From a virus: DNA of 43,993 nt. The notes below the pieces were generated by a model that searched no databases, had not been told where the DNA came from, and saw only the letters and a program-made list of their open reading frames with translations. Shown piece by piece: positions 28,205 through 36,889 of the stretch. Location of the stretch: the UHGV virus genome UHGV-0375795; one strand, 5' to 3'. The position numbers and the translations under genes were made by a program. The first letter of the stretch is position 1, and each line of letters starts with the position of its first letter.

Positions 28205-29049
28205 CAGAAAAAAGAGTATTCAGCGAATTAGGGCAAGGAAATGTATTTGTAAGTGGGTTACCTGTAAACAATGTTTATAAAACAAATGATTACAGTATTT
28301 TTCAATTTAGCAAATTTAACAGAAATGTACTTTTAAGAAAAGAGATGTTAGAGCAAGCGAAAGAAGGATTTTTATCTCCAATTATCGTAAATGAAAATCT
28401 TATGGTAATCGATGGTCAGCATAGATTGAAAGCTTCTGAACAAGTGGGTGTTCCTGTTGAGTTTATTATCAAACCAGGTTTAAACGAGCATGACATTGTA
28501 AGAATGAATACTGTCCAAAAACCGTGGTCGCTAAAAAACTTTATCGAAGCTTTTGCGAATCAAGGTAAAGAAGAATATATCAAACTTGTAAACTTATTGA
28601 ATCAAGGCTATGCGGATACTACAGCAGTATTAGTTGCATCAATGAATAATATGACTACTGGTGGATCAAGCAAAAAAGTTATCCAAGAAGGTAATTTCAA
28701 GTTTTTCAATTATGAAAAAACTGTAGAATTTTTAAATTGGTATAAAAATGATTTTAAAAAAAGAACTGGCACACCAACGAAAAGTAAAGTTTGTATCGCT
28801 TTATGGGGATTGTATCAAATAGAAGGTATTGATTTGAACAGAATTATTTTAAGAACAAATCAAGATATTGAATTTGTCGAAAATATTAAGACCGCCACAA
28901 TGAATCAGACGGATGCTACAAGACAATTCATCGACAGATACAATGCTAAGTTGTCCAAAAAAAGCGGTCGAGCAATTGAATATTACATTAGCAGCAATGG
29001 TTTTGTAGTCATCAAAAGTAAAAAAGCCGACTGGGCAATAGTCGACTAA
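28201..29049 (+). CDS. ParB/Srx-superfamily (ParB-like nuclease domain) protein
   Basis: IIVNENLMVIDGQHRLKASEQVG is a DGQHR-type ParB N-terminal-domain motif. Confidence 0.6.
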   Translation: MTEKRVFSELGQGNVFVSGLPVNNVYKTNDYSIFQFSKFNRNVLLRKEMLEQAKEGFLSPIIVNENLMVIDGQHRLKASEQVGVPVEFIIKPGLNEHDIVRMNTVQKPWSLKNFIEAFANQGKEEYIKLVNLLNQGYADTTAVLVASMNNMTTGGSSKKVIQEGNFKFFNYEKTVEFLNWYKNDFKKRTGTPTKSKVCIALWGLYQIEGIDLNRIILRTNQDIEFVENIKTATMNQTDATRQFIDRYNAKLSKKSGRAIEYYISSNGFVVIKSKKADWAIVD

Positions 29050-29105
29050 GAGAGTAATCAGCTATTTAATTATAGCATATTTAACCAAAAATAGGAGGTT
29101 AACCA

Positions 29106-29435
29106 ATGAAAACAGAAAACTGGAACGGTCACGAGATACGATTGTATGATTTTTTAGATCAAATAGAAACAATTTCCGGAGGTAAATATTTAGATATCAC
29201 AAAAACTAAGTCTACGATAAATATGGAAAAAATGCCGTTTTCAACTTTGTACGAGTGTGAGGATGGGCGGCTTCTGTTAGAAACGACTTGGACTGAGATT
29301 GATGGAATTGAAGTTGAAAAACCGATACCTGTGTTTGCTGACGTTAAAAAAGCGTACGGGATTGCTTCAAAAGAGGACTTCAATGAAATAGTATTTCTTG
29401 AGCGAACATATGATAGGAGGATAAATAATGACTGA
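29106..29435 (+). CDS. hypothetical early protein (109 aa)
   Basis: AGGAGG RBS. Track ORF. Confidence 0.55.
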   Translation: MKTENWNGHEIRLYDFLDQIETISGGKYLDITKTKSTINMEKMPFSTLYECEDGRLLLETTWTEIDGIEVEKPIPVFADVKKAYGIASKEDFNEIVFLERTYDRRINND

Positions 29436-29673
29436 AAAAATAGCCTTGGCAGAAACCATCAAATTGCCTCAATTATCAATGCCAAAGGATGAAGCGATTA
29501 AGTATTTTGGATTTGAAGGACATGAATCTACATTCCAAAGACTGTTAGCAGAGTTCAAAGTACATCCAGATTACAAAAGCGGTTATCGAGCACCGACTTA
29601 CAAAATTGTGCTGATAAATATTAATCTGTTTGATCAATTTTTGGATTGGAAGGACAAAAATAAATTTAAATAG
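29428..29673 (+). CDS. hypothetical early protein (81 aa), possibly DNA-binding
   Basis: 8-bp overlap with the upstream ORF, with its own RBS. Confidence 0.5.
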   Translation: MTEKIALAETIKLPQLSMPKDEAIKYFGFEGHESTFQRLLAEFKVHPDYKSGYRAPTYKIVLININLFDQFLDWKDKNKFK

Positions 29674-29686
29674 AGGAGGCAACAGC

Positions 29687-29953
29687 ATGAAAAAAATTCA
29701 ATTATCTGACGGAATGCCTAATGACATCCGTAGAACTGAGATCAGTACAAAAGCGAAAGAGCTCTTGGATAATACAAAAAAATTATGTGAGGAATCGGGA
29801 TTATCCTATGTAGAGATAAATAAAGCCCTCTATCTAGCGGATAAAGAGCTTTATACACAATTGCTCCAAGCAATTGTGGGTAGCAAAGAGCAAAACAAAG
29901 AAGCTAAGACTCGTGATTATTTATCTCTTTCAGAGAAGCATAGAAGTAATTAA
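29687..29953 (+). CDS. hypothetical early protein (88 aa from ATG 29687)
   Basis: GAGGAGG RBS before ATG 29687. The track ORF starts upstream without an RBS. Confidence 0.5.
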   Translation: MKKIQLSDGMPNDIRRTEISTKAKELLDNTKKLCEESGLSYVEINKALYLADKELYTQLLQAIVGSKEQNKEAKTRDYLSLSEKHRSN

Positions 29954-30083
29954 GAATGTCGCTAGTTTGCTCTTTAGAAATGATATTAACTGAAGGCGAT
30001 CCATCTTTTAAGCGATGATTCGTAATCATTTGCAATGTTGCAACTGTTAATTCGGTAGCCAACTCTTTATCGGATTTACTCAT
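29904..30083 (-). CDS. hypothetical small protein (59 aa), reverse-oriented
   Basis: AAGGTGGTG RBS 5 nt before the ATG. Translation MSKSDKELATELTVATLQMITNHRLKDG... Overlaps the 3' end of the convergent + ORF by 50 bp. Below the track threshold. Confidence 0.35.
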   Translation of the reverse strand: MSKSDKELATELTVATLQMITNHRLKDGSPSVNIISKEQTSDILNYFYASLKEINNHES

Positions 30084-30160
30084 GGTTTCACCACCTTATC
30101 AGTTATTTCAGCAGACCACTTGCTGATAAGGAAATTATACAACAGAAAGGAAGTAGCAAA

Positions 30161-30274
30161 ATGAAAACTGGAATTTTTGAAACAAAGTATTACACAGAAG
30201 AAGGCCAATTCACATGTAAATGGTTAATGATTTTTGGTAAGTGCCTATTTATTAAGCATAAAAAGGCAGCCTAA
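30161..30274 (+). CDS. hypothetical micro-protein (37 aa)
   Basis: GAAAGGAAG RBS before ATG 30161. Confidence 0.25.
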   Translation: MKTGIFETKYYTEEGQFTCKWLMIFGKCLFIKHKKAA

Positions 30275-30295
30275 AGAGACCGCCTCATGGAAAAG

Positions 30296-30433
30296 TTATT
30301 TTGTATACGTTGTTTTATCACAGCTTGGGCACGGTGGTAGCGTGTCCGTACGATCATCAAGTCTTACTTTTTGACCGCAATTTTTACAAGTATACGTTCC
30401 TTTTCCTGGTTTTTCACCAGTAGTATAAGCCAT
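30296..30433 (-). CDS. zinc-ribbon micro-protein (46 aa; CKNCG...CPSCD)
   Basis: GAGGTG RBS 8 nt before the ATG on the - strand. Two CxxC pairs 20 residues apart. The track instead shows a longer spurious antisense ORF 30414..30629. Confidence 0.4.
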   Translation of the reverse strand: MAYTTGEKPGKGTYTCKNCGQKVRLDDRTDTLPPCPSCDKTTYTK

Positions 30434-30513
30434 AAATTTTCACCTCACTTTCCAAAATAATTATAGCGCCACACGAATAATAAAATCGCTTTTTATAAGA
30501 AAGGAAGTACCAC

Positions 30514-30975
30514 ATGAAAAATAAAAAAATTGCACTAGGAGTTAGCGCTGCATTGTTTCTAGGTTCAACTGTAGGATTCGCCGCAGGCGCTGGGTTCTTC
30601 GATAACGCAACAACTGTTGAACAGAACATCTACAAACTGGCTAACATTGCTACGCAGAACAAGCAGAAGGCAGCAGACGTTCAAAGCAAACTTGATCAAA
30701 CGACTGGGCAGCAAAAGAACCTGCAAGATCAACTAGACAGCCTGAAACAGCAATTGGCAAACAAACAAAACGAGGTCAATGCGAAGCAGTCTGAAATCGA
30801 AGCTAAACAACGTGAAGTCGAATCTAAGCAACAGGAAGTCACGCAGAAACAGCAAGAGGCGGATAAGCTGCGTAATGAACTATCTAACGCTCAAAATGAT
30901 TCAGCACAAAAAGACGTACGCATGGCGGAGTTAGCAAATTTGAGCCAACAAAAAGTAAACGAGTTGGGCCAGTAG
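30514..30975 (+). CDS. secreted/membrane-anchored Q/K-rich coiled-coil protein (153 aa)
   Basis: N-terminal signal/anchor (KIALGVSAALFLGSTVGFAAGAGF) followed by about 110 aa of heptad-like QxKQxE repeats. Good RBS. Confidence 0.65.
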   Translation: MKNKKIALGVSAALFLGSTVGFAAGAGFFDNATTVEQNIYKLANIATQNKQKAADVQSKLDQTTGQQKNLQDQLDSLKQQLANKQNEVNAKQSEIEAKQREVESKQQEVTQKQQEADKLRNELSNAQNDSAQKDVRMAELANLSQQKVNELGQ

Positions 30976-30983
30976 GAGGATTA

Positions 30984-31139
30984 ATGATGAAACGACTAAA
31001 TTTTCAAACGATCCTGCTATCGATGATCGCAATTCCAGTTTTCACGTTAGTCAATATTTGGCTGGCCTACGGCTACATTCTACTTTTCTTTTTGGTGATC
31101 GGATGGGAAAAGAAAAAGCCAACCGAGGAGGCTGACTAG
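30984..31139 (+). CDS. small membrane protein (51 aa, two hydrophobic helices)
   Basis: AGGAGGA RBS. Stop abuts the next start (TAGATG). Confidence 0.4.
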   Translation: MMKRLNFQTILLSMIAIPVFTLVNIWLAYGYILLFFLVIGWEKKKPTEEAD

Positions 31140-31334
31140 ATGAGGACCGTATTTGTAATAGTATCTTCGTTCTTTACTATTAGTAGCTTATGGTTACTTA
31201 TTTCGTGGATTCAAATAATAAAGGCACAAAAAGAATTAGAGCTGCAAGATGTAATGATCATGGTTTTAGCAGTTATTGCCGTAGGTTTGAGTGTTACTTT
31301 TCTTCTAGTGAGCCTATTCCATAGGGAGGATTAA
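31140..31334 (+). CDS. small membrane protein (64 aa, two TM helices)
   Basis: GAGGAGG RBS. Track ORF. Convergent 40-bp overlap with the - strand gene. Confidence 0.5.
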   Translation: MRTVFVIVSSFFTISSLWLLISWIQIIKAQKELELQDVMIMVLAVIAVGLSVTFLLVSLFHRED

Positions 31335-31869
31335 ATCCAAGTTCTTGAAATGTTTTCTCATAGTCGTTATACGGAGCTAATTTGCCACTTGGATATCTAA
31401 CCCATTGTGTATTTTTATAGTCTGTAAAAAACATAAAAGGAATTGCGTGAGTTCCGCCAGCAGCGACACCAGGACTTTCCATTGTGATTTGATAACTTCC
31501 TGGAGGCAAGACGTCAATATAGGTTGCATAACTTTGAGCATCTTTTCCAATTGCAAATTTCAAATACTCATTCAGTTTTCCGTTACGGTTTTGTGAGCTT
31601 GCCAAAAAAACGAACACATTATAAACAGGCGTATTATCAGCGTTATTCAAATTAACTTTTTGAGTATTGCCACCAAATTCTGTGCTCCAAGTAGATATGA
31701 ATTTGGCTTGTTCAAATTTTTCAGCTTTGTTCTTTTCGTCATTAAGCTTTTTGATTTGTTGAGAGTTAATAATAATGTTCCACACTGTAAAAATTGCCAC
31801 AAGCATAGCAACAACTTTAGAAATATTATCCAAAGTAAAAAAAGAATTTTTATCCAAAAAAAGCACCAC
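31294..31869 (-). CDS. membrane-anchored protein of unknown function (about 190 aa), reverse-oriented moron. Candidate exclusion/abortive-infection protein.
   Basis: N-terminal TM (VVAMLVAIFTVWNIII) plus a roughly 150-aa soluble domain. An extended -10 (TGATATAAT) on the - strand lies about 31872-31880, just upstream. GTG/TTG start. Confidence 0.6.
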   Translation of the reverse strand: MVLFLDKNSFFTLDNISKVVAMLVAIFTVWNIIINSQQIKKLNDEKNKAEKFEQAKFISTWSTEFGGNTQKVNLNNADNTPVYNVFVFLASSQNRNGKLNEYLKFAIGKDAQSYATYIDVLPPGSYQITMESPGVAAGGTHAIPFMFFTDYKNTQWVRYPSGKLAPYNDYEKTFQELGFNPPYGIGSLEEK

Positions 31870-31913
31870 CAGTTTTTAAACCATTATATCAAATTGAAAG
31901 GGGAGAAAAGGAC

Positions 31914-32060
31914 ATGAGTAGAAAAGAAGCATTACAAATTGGCAGAATTATCGCTGATCGTTGGTGGCATCATAACGAGTCAACGATTCTAGCAAAACAG
32001 AACATCGAGCGAAGAAAAGCTTGGGAACAAAAAAAGCTCACTACGCCGGCAAGCAAATAG
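31914..32060 (+). CDS. hypothetical small protein (48 aa)
   Basis: GGGGAGAAAAGGAC before ATG 31914. Below the track threshold. Confidence 0.3.
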   Translation: MSRKEALQIGRIIADRWWHHNESTILAKQNIERRKAWEQKKLTTPASK

Positions 32061-32095
32061 TGAGTTTGAAATAATAATTATGGAAGGAGTATACC

Positions 32096-32431
32096 ATGCT
32101 TAGCTCAAAAGAAAAAGTACAGCTAGACGACTACATCACAAAAGCTCCTGACGAAGAAATGAAGCCAGTCAAAAATGGGTTCAGAAATACTGAGTTAAAA
32201 CAGAATGTTGAATGTAATCAAGATGATAGTGAATCACCTGTGTTTAATACAGATACAATTTGGCATTTACAAATCGAAACGGAAATTCAGACAAAAGAGT
32301 TTTATCTACTATTCGAAAATGTGCAAGAGACACTTGATCTTTTTGAAGAAGAAATTAAGCGAGCGGAGCTTGTGAGATATAAAAACGGTAAGGACTTCAA
32401 AAAAGAAATGGAGGAATTATACAGTGAATGA
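32096..32431 (+). CDS. acidic hypothetical protein (111 aa) immediately upstream of the ERF recombinase
   Basis: GGAGT RBS, D/E-rich. Overlaps the ERF start. Confidence 0.55.
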   Translation: MLSSKEKVQLDDYITKAPDEEMKPVKNGFRNTELKQNVECNQDDSESPVFNTDTIWHLQIETEIQTKEFYLLFENVQETLDLFEEEIKRAELVRYKNGKDFKKEMEELYSE

Positions 32432-33071
32432 AGAAAAAGAAATGAGTTTCCACGAGAAATATTGTCAGCTCGTAATGAAACTGAATACGCCAAAAGACGT
32501 TAAAAATAACTTTGCAGGTTTTGATTATCGGACAGCAGAAGGAATTCTAAAGGCAGTCAAATTAGTATGCATCGATCTTGAACTTAAAAATATTGTCGTC
32601 ATAACTACTGAAGAAGTCGAGTTTAAAGAAGGACGGTTCTACAAACGTGTGACCGCAACTATTACTGACGGAATAAATAGCTACACGTCAACATTTAGCG
32701 CACGAGAGCCTGAAAGCAAGCCTAAAATGGACGAATCTCAAGTAAGTGGTTCGGCTTCTACTTATGGTAGAAAATACGCTTTACAAAACTTGCTGATGAT
32801 TTCTGATGACGTAGATCCTGATTCGCTAGATAACAGCAAAGAAGGTCTTCCTAATCCGAAAAAAGCAACTAAAACACAACTAGAGGCTTTGAAGAAACAC
32901 TCTAATGAAATAGCGCAACTAGCAAAGCTTGAAGGAATAGCTTTCTTTGAGCAAATCACAGAAAAGAAGTTTGGACAGTCAGTAGATATAAACAAAATTA
33001 ATACTGAACAGCTTACAACGTTGAATAGATATTTAAACGAACTGGAGAAATACTACAAAGGCAAGAAGTGA
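32424..33071 (+). CDS. ERF-family single-strand annealing protein
   Basis: FAGFDYRTAEGILKAVKLV...SASTYGRKYALQNLL matches the ERF signature. Confidence 0.8.
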   Translation: MNEEKEMSFHEKYCQLVMKLNTPKDVKNNFAGFDYRTAEGILKAVKLVCIDLELKNIVVITTEEVEFKEGRFYKRVTATITDGINSYTSTFSAREPESKPKMDESQVSGSASTYGRKYALQNLLMISDDVDPDSLDNSKEGLPNPKKATKTQLEALKKHSNEIAQLAKLEGIAFFEQITEKKFGQSVDINKINTEQLTTLNRYLNELEKYYKGKK

Positions 33072-33076
33072 TGTAA

Positions 33077-33745
33077 ATGAACAACCTTTCATATCTGACA
33101 AAAATAACAAAAATTACTGGAAATAAAATTATTTTGGAACTCAAAGAAGAGCTGAATATTGAACGCCTCAAAACGATTTTTAACGGTTATGACGGTGAAC
33201 GACAAGCGGAACTGTTCATTAAAGATCCACGAGGCTTTACGCCGCAACAGAGACGCTTTGTGTTCGCTTTAATGCAAGATATATACATTTATACTGGAGA
33301 GCCTTTAGAAAGCCTGAAAGACGTGTTTTATTGGCAATTTAGGTACTTCACAGGTAAGAACATTAGTTTATCTAATGAATCTGAAAACTCAGTGGATGAA
33401 ATAGCAACACTTGCGGAACTTATCTTAGACTTCATTTTCGAGAATGATATCCCATTCAGAGAAGGGTATGAAATAGCTCCACAGAATCAGGAGTATTACT
33501 TCTACAAATGTGTCATGGCCCGTAAATGTTGTATTTGCGGCAAGCCTGCGGATATTTGCCATATAGAAACTGTCGGAGTCGGTCGGAATCGTAGGAAGAT
33601 TGATCATACGAAACATACTTTTTACGCTGGGTGTCGAAAGCACCACAGTGAAGAGCATCAAATCGGAACACAAAACTTTTTAAATAAATATCAAATTATC
33701 CCAACCAAGTTAAACGCAGAATCAGTGAAGCAGTTGGGGATATAG
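33077..33745 (+). CDS. hypothetical protein with C-terminal Cys/His-rich zinc-binding (HNH-like) region
   Basis: CVMARKCCICGKPADICHIETVGVGRNRRKIDHTKHTFYAGCRKHHSEEH. Confidence 0.55.
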   Translation: MNNLSYLTKITKITGNKIILELKEELNIERLKTIFNGYDGERQAELFIKDPRGFTPQQRRFVFALMQDIYIYTGEPLESLKDVFYWQFRYFTGKNISLSNESENSVDEIATLAELILDFIFENDIPFREGYEIAPQNQEYYFYKCVMARKCCICGKPADICHIETVGVGRNRRKIDHTKHTFYAGCRKHHSEEHQIGTQNFLNKYQIIPTKLNAESVKQLGI

Positions 33746-33757
33746 GAGGAACTGTAC

Positions 33758-34378
33758 ATGCCAAAAAAGAATAAAGAAATAAAGAATTTGCATCGTCACT
33801 TAAAAAGAGCAGCTTCGTCGGTTGATTCAAGACCCATACTAAAAGCTGTGCATTATGATGCTGACGGGAGTATTAGTGTTACTGATTCTCATCGATTATT
33901 AAGGATCGCAGACTTTCACAATCATAAGGAAGAATTCAATCAAGATTTGTCAACGATGATGCTATTAGACGGTAATTATCCAGATACAAGCCGACTAATT
34001 CCTAAAAAGTTTAGTACTGAAATTACCATCAGTTTGTCCGTTTTGATCAGAATCATGAAGGCTTTAGGAACTAGCTCTGAGGAATGTGTTCATTGGAAAA
34101 TTTTAGAACATAAAATCATTTTTAGCAATCAATCTGACAAATTTAACTATGGAGAACCGATAAAAATATCAGCGAATGCAAATATCGAAGGAGATTTGTT
34201 TGATATTTCGTTCAAGGCAAGATACGTCAAAGAATGCTGCGAATTTTTCATGGATGCTAAAGAAAGATATGCAATTGATGACGTGACAATCAAAATGTTT
34301 AGTCCTATAAGACCAGTTATTTTCACCATTGATGAATCTAAATATATCTACTTAGTGACCCCGACGAGGACTAACTAA
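33758..34378 (+). CDS. truncated DnaN (DNA polymerase III beta clamp) homolog. It retains part of domain II plus domain III (206 aa versus about 370 aa for cellular clamps).
   Basis: Matches cellular DnaN as I recall it: SRPILKAV...VTDSHRLL corresponds to TRPILTGV...ATDSHRLA, LLDGNYPDTSRLIP to LLDGNYPDTTSLIP of B. subtilis DnaN, and the C-terminus ISFKARYVKE...LVTPTRT to ISFSPKYMLD...LILPVRTY. Confidence 0.75.
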   Translation: MPKKNKEIKNLHRHLKRAASSVDSRPILKAVHYDADGSISVTDSHRLLRIADFHNHKEEFNQDLSTMMLLDGNYPDTSRLIPKKFSTEITISLSVLIRIMKALGTSSEECVHWKILEHKIIFSNQSDKFNYGEPIKISANANIEGDLFDISFKARYVKECCEFFMDAKERYAIDDVTIKMFSPIRPVIFTIDESKYIYLVTPTRTN

Positions 34379-34393
34379 ACGAGGAGGGATAAC

Positions 34394-35206
34394 GTGGCTG
34401 AAGTGAAAACACAGATCTTTCGTCGTTCAAAAACAAATAACTACTCAATTATTCACAACGAGATACTCAGAAGATCTGATATCAGTTGGAAGGCTAAAGG
34501 GATTATGTGTTATGTCCTAAGCCTTCCTGATGATTGGGTAATTTATTTGGAAGAACTGATCGAGCATGCAACGGATAAAAAGGCAAGCTTTCGTAGTGGA
34601 TGGAACGAACTAATAGAAAAAGGATATGTTAGTAGATTTCCTATCAGAAATGAAGCAGGAAAAATAGTAGAATGGCGGACTGAAATACGCGAAAACGTTG
34701 ATACGAAAACATTCTCACCACTTACCGATTTTCAAGAAGTAGAAAACCAAGAAGTAGAAAATCGGAAGCTACTAAGTACTTATTCTTTTACTAATAACTT
34801 ATCTATACAAAGTACTAAAGAATATATAGATCGATTTGAATCACTTTGGGAAAGATACCCGAAAAAGACACAAAAGAAAAAAGCGGTAGAGCAGTTTAAG
34901 AAGAAAATCAAGAGTGAATCTGACTTAACTGAATTTGAGAAAGGTTATTTCGACTATTTGAAATATATCGAGATCACTGATTGGTATCATCCGCAAGAAT
35001 TATTTAGATGGATACGAGATGAACGGTATAAGGATGAGTACGATCTGGCACCGAAAGTTAGTAAGGGTAACTACAGAAACAACAAGCATCGGATTGAAGA
35101 GGTGCCAAGTCACATTAACACCCAGCCGAATAAAAAAGAGCCTGACATCGACTGGGTAGCAGAGGCGGAACGTTCTCTTGCCGAAAGAGGTGCAGAGAGT
35201 GAATGA
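34394..35206 (+). CDS. phage replisome organiser (DnaD-like N-terminal domain plus phage conserved C-terminal domain)
   Basis: N-terminus MAEVKTQIFRRSK..YSIIHNEILRRSDISWKAKGIMCYVL. C-terminal W/Y-rich conserved region. Confidence 0.7.
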   Translation: MAEVKTQIFRRSKTNNYSIIHNEILRRSDISWKAKGIMCYVLSLPDDWVIYLEELIEHATDKKASFRSGWNELIEKGYVSRFPIRNEAGKIVEWRTEIRENVDTKTFSPLTDFQEVENQEVENRKLLSTYSFTNNLSIQSTKEYIDRFESLWERYPKKTQKKKAVEQFKKKIKSESDLTEFEKGYFDYLKYIEITDWYHPQELFRWIRDERYKDEYDLAPKVSKGNYRNNKHRIEEVPSHINTQPNKKEPDIDWVAEAERSLAERGAESE

Positions 35207-35507
35207 CTTTGAGTTGCTAAAAACACTACACAATAAATTACCTCAGGATTACAAAGAGATACAGATACCTTATTTAACAAGGTATAGCCAACATATCGTA
35301 AAAGGGGGAAATGTCTCTGACGATCGAGCAAAACAATTGTTTAAACAATACTGGGTAGGCTATTTCATCTATCATTACCAACAAAAAAATAAGGAATATG
35401 ATTTTTGGGTTCTAAATGGTCAAACATATGAAACACAACTTGATTTTGCGAAAAAGATGTATGAAAAAGTGTTTGGACATGTACCCAAAATGAAGGAGAG
35501 AAAATGA
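35199..35507 (+). CDS. hypothetical protein (103 aa from GTG 35199)
   Basis: AAAGAGGTG RBS before GTG 35199. The track ORF starts at TTG 35178. Confidence 0.5.
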   Translation: MNDFELLKTLHNKLPQDYKEIQIPYLTRYSQHIVKGGNVSDDRAKQLFKQYWVGYFIYHYQQKNKEYDFWVLNGQTYETQLDFAKKMYEKVFGHVPKMKERK

Positions 35508-35920
35508 CTAGGTATACATTACATTTAGAACCAAAGCCACAATCTCGGCCACGTTTTGGGCGAAACGGAACCTATGAAGATAAAGACATGAAGCAGTGGA
35601 AGCGTAATTGCGAGAGTCAACTCAGATTAATGAATCCTAGAATTATCGAGAAGGGCGCTATATTTGTTTCTATGACGTTTTACATCTATCCACCTAAACG
35701 GATAGCCGAGGTGAAAAAGAAACGCTTAGAACTCGAATCAGAGGCGATTTATGTTGATAAGCGACCAGACATAGACAATTACATCAAAGCAGTTCTGGAT
35801 TGCGGCAATGAAATACTCTTCAAAGATGATGGGCAGGTAGCTGCACTATCGTCACAAAAACTTTATTCGTTAAATCCGCGAATAGAAATTGAAATTACAA
35901 GCTTGGAGGAAAACAAATGA
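35504..35920 (+). CDS. rusA: RusA-family Holliday junction resolvase
   Basis: [22 protein letters not shown]..., a RusA-like N-terminus. 138 aa. Confidence 0.75.
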   Translation: MTRYTLHLEPKPQSRPRFGRNGTYEDKDMKQWKRNCESQLRLMNPRIIEKGAIFVSMTFYIYPPKRIAEVKKKRLELESEAIYVDKRPDIDNYIKAVLDCGNEILFKDDGQVAALSSQKLYSLNPRIEIEITSLEENK

Positions 35921-36390
35921 TAAACAATGTAGTTTTGGTCGGACGTCTTACAAAAGATCCTGACCTCAAATATACAGCAAGCGGGACTACTGTCTCGACA
36001 TTTACTTTAGCAGTAAACAGAAATTTCACGAATCAAAGCGGGAATCGTGAAGCAGATTTTATTAATTGTGTGATTTGGCGGAAGTCAGCAGAGACGTTAG
36101 CCAATTATGCTAAAAAGGGAACGCTGCTAGGTGTGACTGGCCGTATTCAAACAAGAAGCTATGAAAATCAGCAAGGACAACGTGTCTATGTAACAGAAGT
36201 AGTCGCTGAGAACTTCCAATTGCTTGAATCACGTAGCGCGAGTGATCAGCGCCAGAATAATAACGCCAGTGCTAACTCAAGTGGCAACTATAATCAATCA
36301 AATAAAAATAGTGTGCCTGACTTTGGTAGAGATAACGATCCTTTTAGTGGTTCATCGATTGACATCGGCGACGATGACCTGCCGTTTTAG
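35917..36390 (+). CDS. ssb: single-stranded DNA-binding protein
   Basis: OB-fold N-terminus ([24 protein letters not shown]), Gln/Asn-rich linker, acidic tail DDDLPF. Confidence 0.9.
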   Translation: MINNVVLVGRLTKDPDLKYTASGTTVSTFTLAVNRNFTNQSGNREADFINCVIWRKSAETLANYAKKGTLLGVTGRIQTRSYENQQGQRVYVTEVVAENFQLLESRSASDQRQNNNASANSSGNYNQSNKNSVPDFGRDNDPFSGSSIDIGDDDLPF

Positions 36391-36400
36391 GAGGGGTTAA

Positions 36401-36889
36401 ATGAGTAGACGTAAAACACCAGAACAACAAGCGGCGTGGAGCGAATTGTTATTATTGATCAATGATCCAGAGTGGTATTTAGACAGGGAAAAAAGTGATA
36501 GGCATAAAACGCTTATGAAAATCATATTAGCGGATGACAAAGATGACTCCTCAAAATCGAAAAAAGAAAAATATCAGGACTATTTGAACAAACGTCCAGG
36601 GATGGAGAAGAAAATAGTTGAAATGATTAGACAGGGAAAAACAATAGCTCAGATCCATGAGGTATACACGATTGATCGTAAGATATTTGCTTATGTGAGG
36701 CACAAACACCAGTTACCAAAATTTAGAAAGCTAGTGGTTCCTACTGCCGAAGAATTGGAAAAGTCATATAAAAGCGGTGGTTGGAAGAAAGCGAGTCGAG
36801 ATTTTGGTGCCTCCCAAGGAACGATTTATCAATGGATGCGGAAATACGGAATTGAAAGAAACTATGTGATAAACGAAATGGATGATTAG
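36401..36889 (+). CDS. hypothetical protein with C-terminal HTH-like segment
   Basis: ...GWKKASRDFGASQGTIYQWMRKYGI. Confidence 0.5.
   Translation: MSRRKTPEQQAAWSELLLLINDPEWYLDREKSDRHKTLMKIILADDKDDSSKSKKEKYQDYLNKRPGMEKKIVEMIRQGKTIAQIHEVYTIDRKIFAYVRHKHQLPKFRKLVVPTAEELEKSYKSGGWKKASRDFGASQGTIYQWMRKYGIERNYVINEMDD

Noticed and set aside
30414-30629. Track ORF (71 aa, - strand) antisense to the start of the secreted coiled-coil gene
   Set aside because: It has no RBS, and it overlaps a well-supported + strand gene. The shorter in-frame zinc-ribbon ORF 30296..30433, which has a GAGGTG RBS, is the credible product on that strand.
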